In this document: positions 8,343-8,630 of the stretch, one piece after another | How positions within the stretch are numbered: the first letter of the stretch is position 1 | How the letters are laid out: the number at the start of each line of letters is the position of its first letter | Source: Hormiphora californensis | Taxonomy: Eukaryota > Animalia > Ctenophora | DNA length: 8,630 nucleotides | NCBI GenBank assembly: GCA_020137815.1 | Contig: WFME01000036.1 | Location: forward strand, 1 to 8,630 | Reading direction: 5' to 3' | Notes under the pieces: model-generated | What the model was told of the DNA's origin: nothing | The model's database searches: none | What the model saw: the letters and a program-made list of their open reading frames with translations, nothing else | Position numbers and translations under genes: made by a program

Positions 8343-8496
8343 TTATTTGAAAAATATAATCGCTTGTTCCTAGGTCAATTTTCGGAGTAGGAACATGAGA
8401 TTAGGTTCATTCCGTTCACACGACTGAGAGCTTTCGATTGGTACTAGGTAAGGAAAAACTTTTTTCCCAAAAACCTGCCCTAGTGACTAGAAAGTG

Positions 8497-8630
8497 TCTA
8501 ATTTTTCATATACCACTGCAACGGTATTTTACTTTATAATTACTAGTGTTTTGCAGTGGTCTAAGTTTTCATAGTGCACTGTAACCGGTGGTCTAAGTGT
8601 GTTAGACCACCGGAAACGGTGCACTATGAA
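8497..8630. repeat. Modular foldback repeat running off the window end
   Basis: 29-bp arms 8568-8596 / 8602-8630 (26/29 match) around a GTGTG loop. ACCACTGCAA (8512-8521) pairs with TTGCAGTGGT (8551-8560). Repeated GTGGTCTAAGT and TCTAA(T/G)TTTTCATA modules. Confidence 0.85.

Noticed and set aside
7684-8482. hAT-type ends CAGGGCAG / CTGCCCTA enclosing the MITE cluster
   Set aside because: 7-bp match only; the flanking 8-mers (TGGTTTGT vs GTGACTAG) are not a TSD.

Overview
Eukaryotic (most likely invertebrate animal) genomic DNA; nothing prokaryotic is supported. The window holds the last five coding exons of a + strand spliced zinc-finger gene (1846-1976, 4525-4679, 4895-5015, 5167-5294, 5645-5911). 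All four introns are GT-AG and phase-compatible, giving 266 aa plus stop, with one C2HC and three C2H2 fingers; the 5' end lies upstream of the window. Before the first visible exon is a >=1.7-kb element built from about 30 GGCGCC palindromes (E2F-type TTTGGCGCCAAA) and GCCACGTGGC palindromes, often 10-11 bp apart. It contains a ~230-bp inverted repeat and ends in CC|TTAA, like a Kolobok right terminus. The 2.5-kb intron is almost filled by a TIR-bounded element carrying head-to-head (CT)51/(GA)41 tracts and a perfect 36-bp palindrome. Downstream of the gene are a spliced, internally deleted hAT-like transposase relic (CxxH and PCHTQAVER motifs) and a cluster of small TIR/foldback elements. 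Most ORFs in the supplied track are repeat artefacts. All counts and alignments were done by eye.
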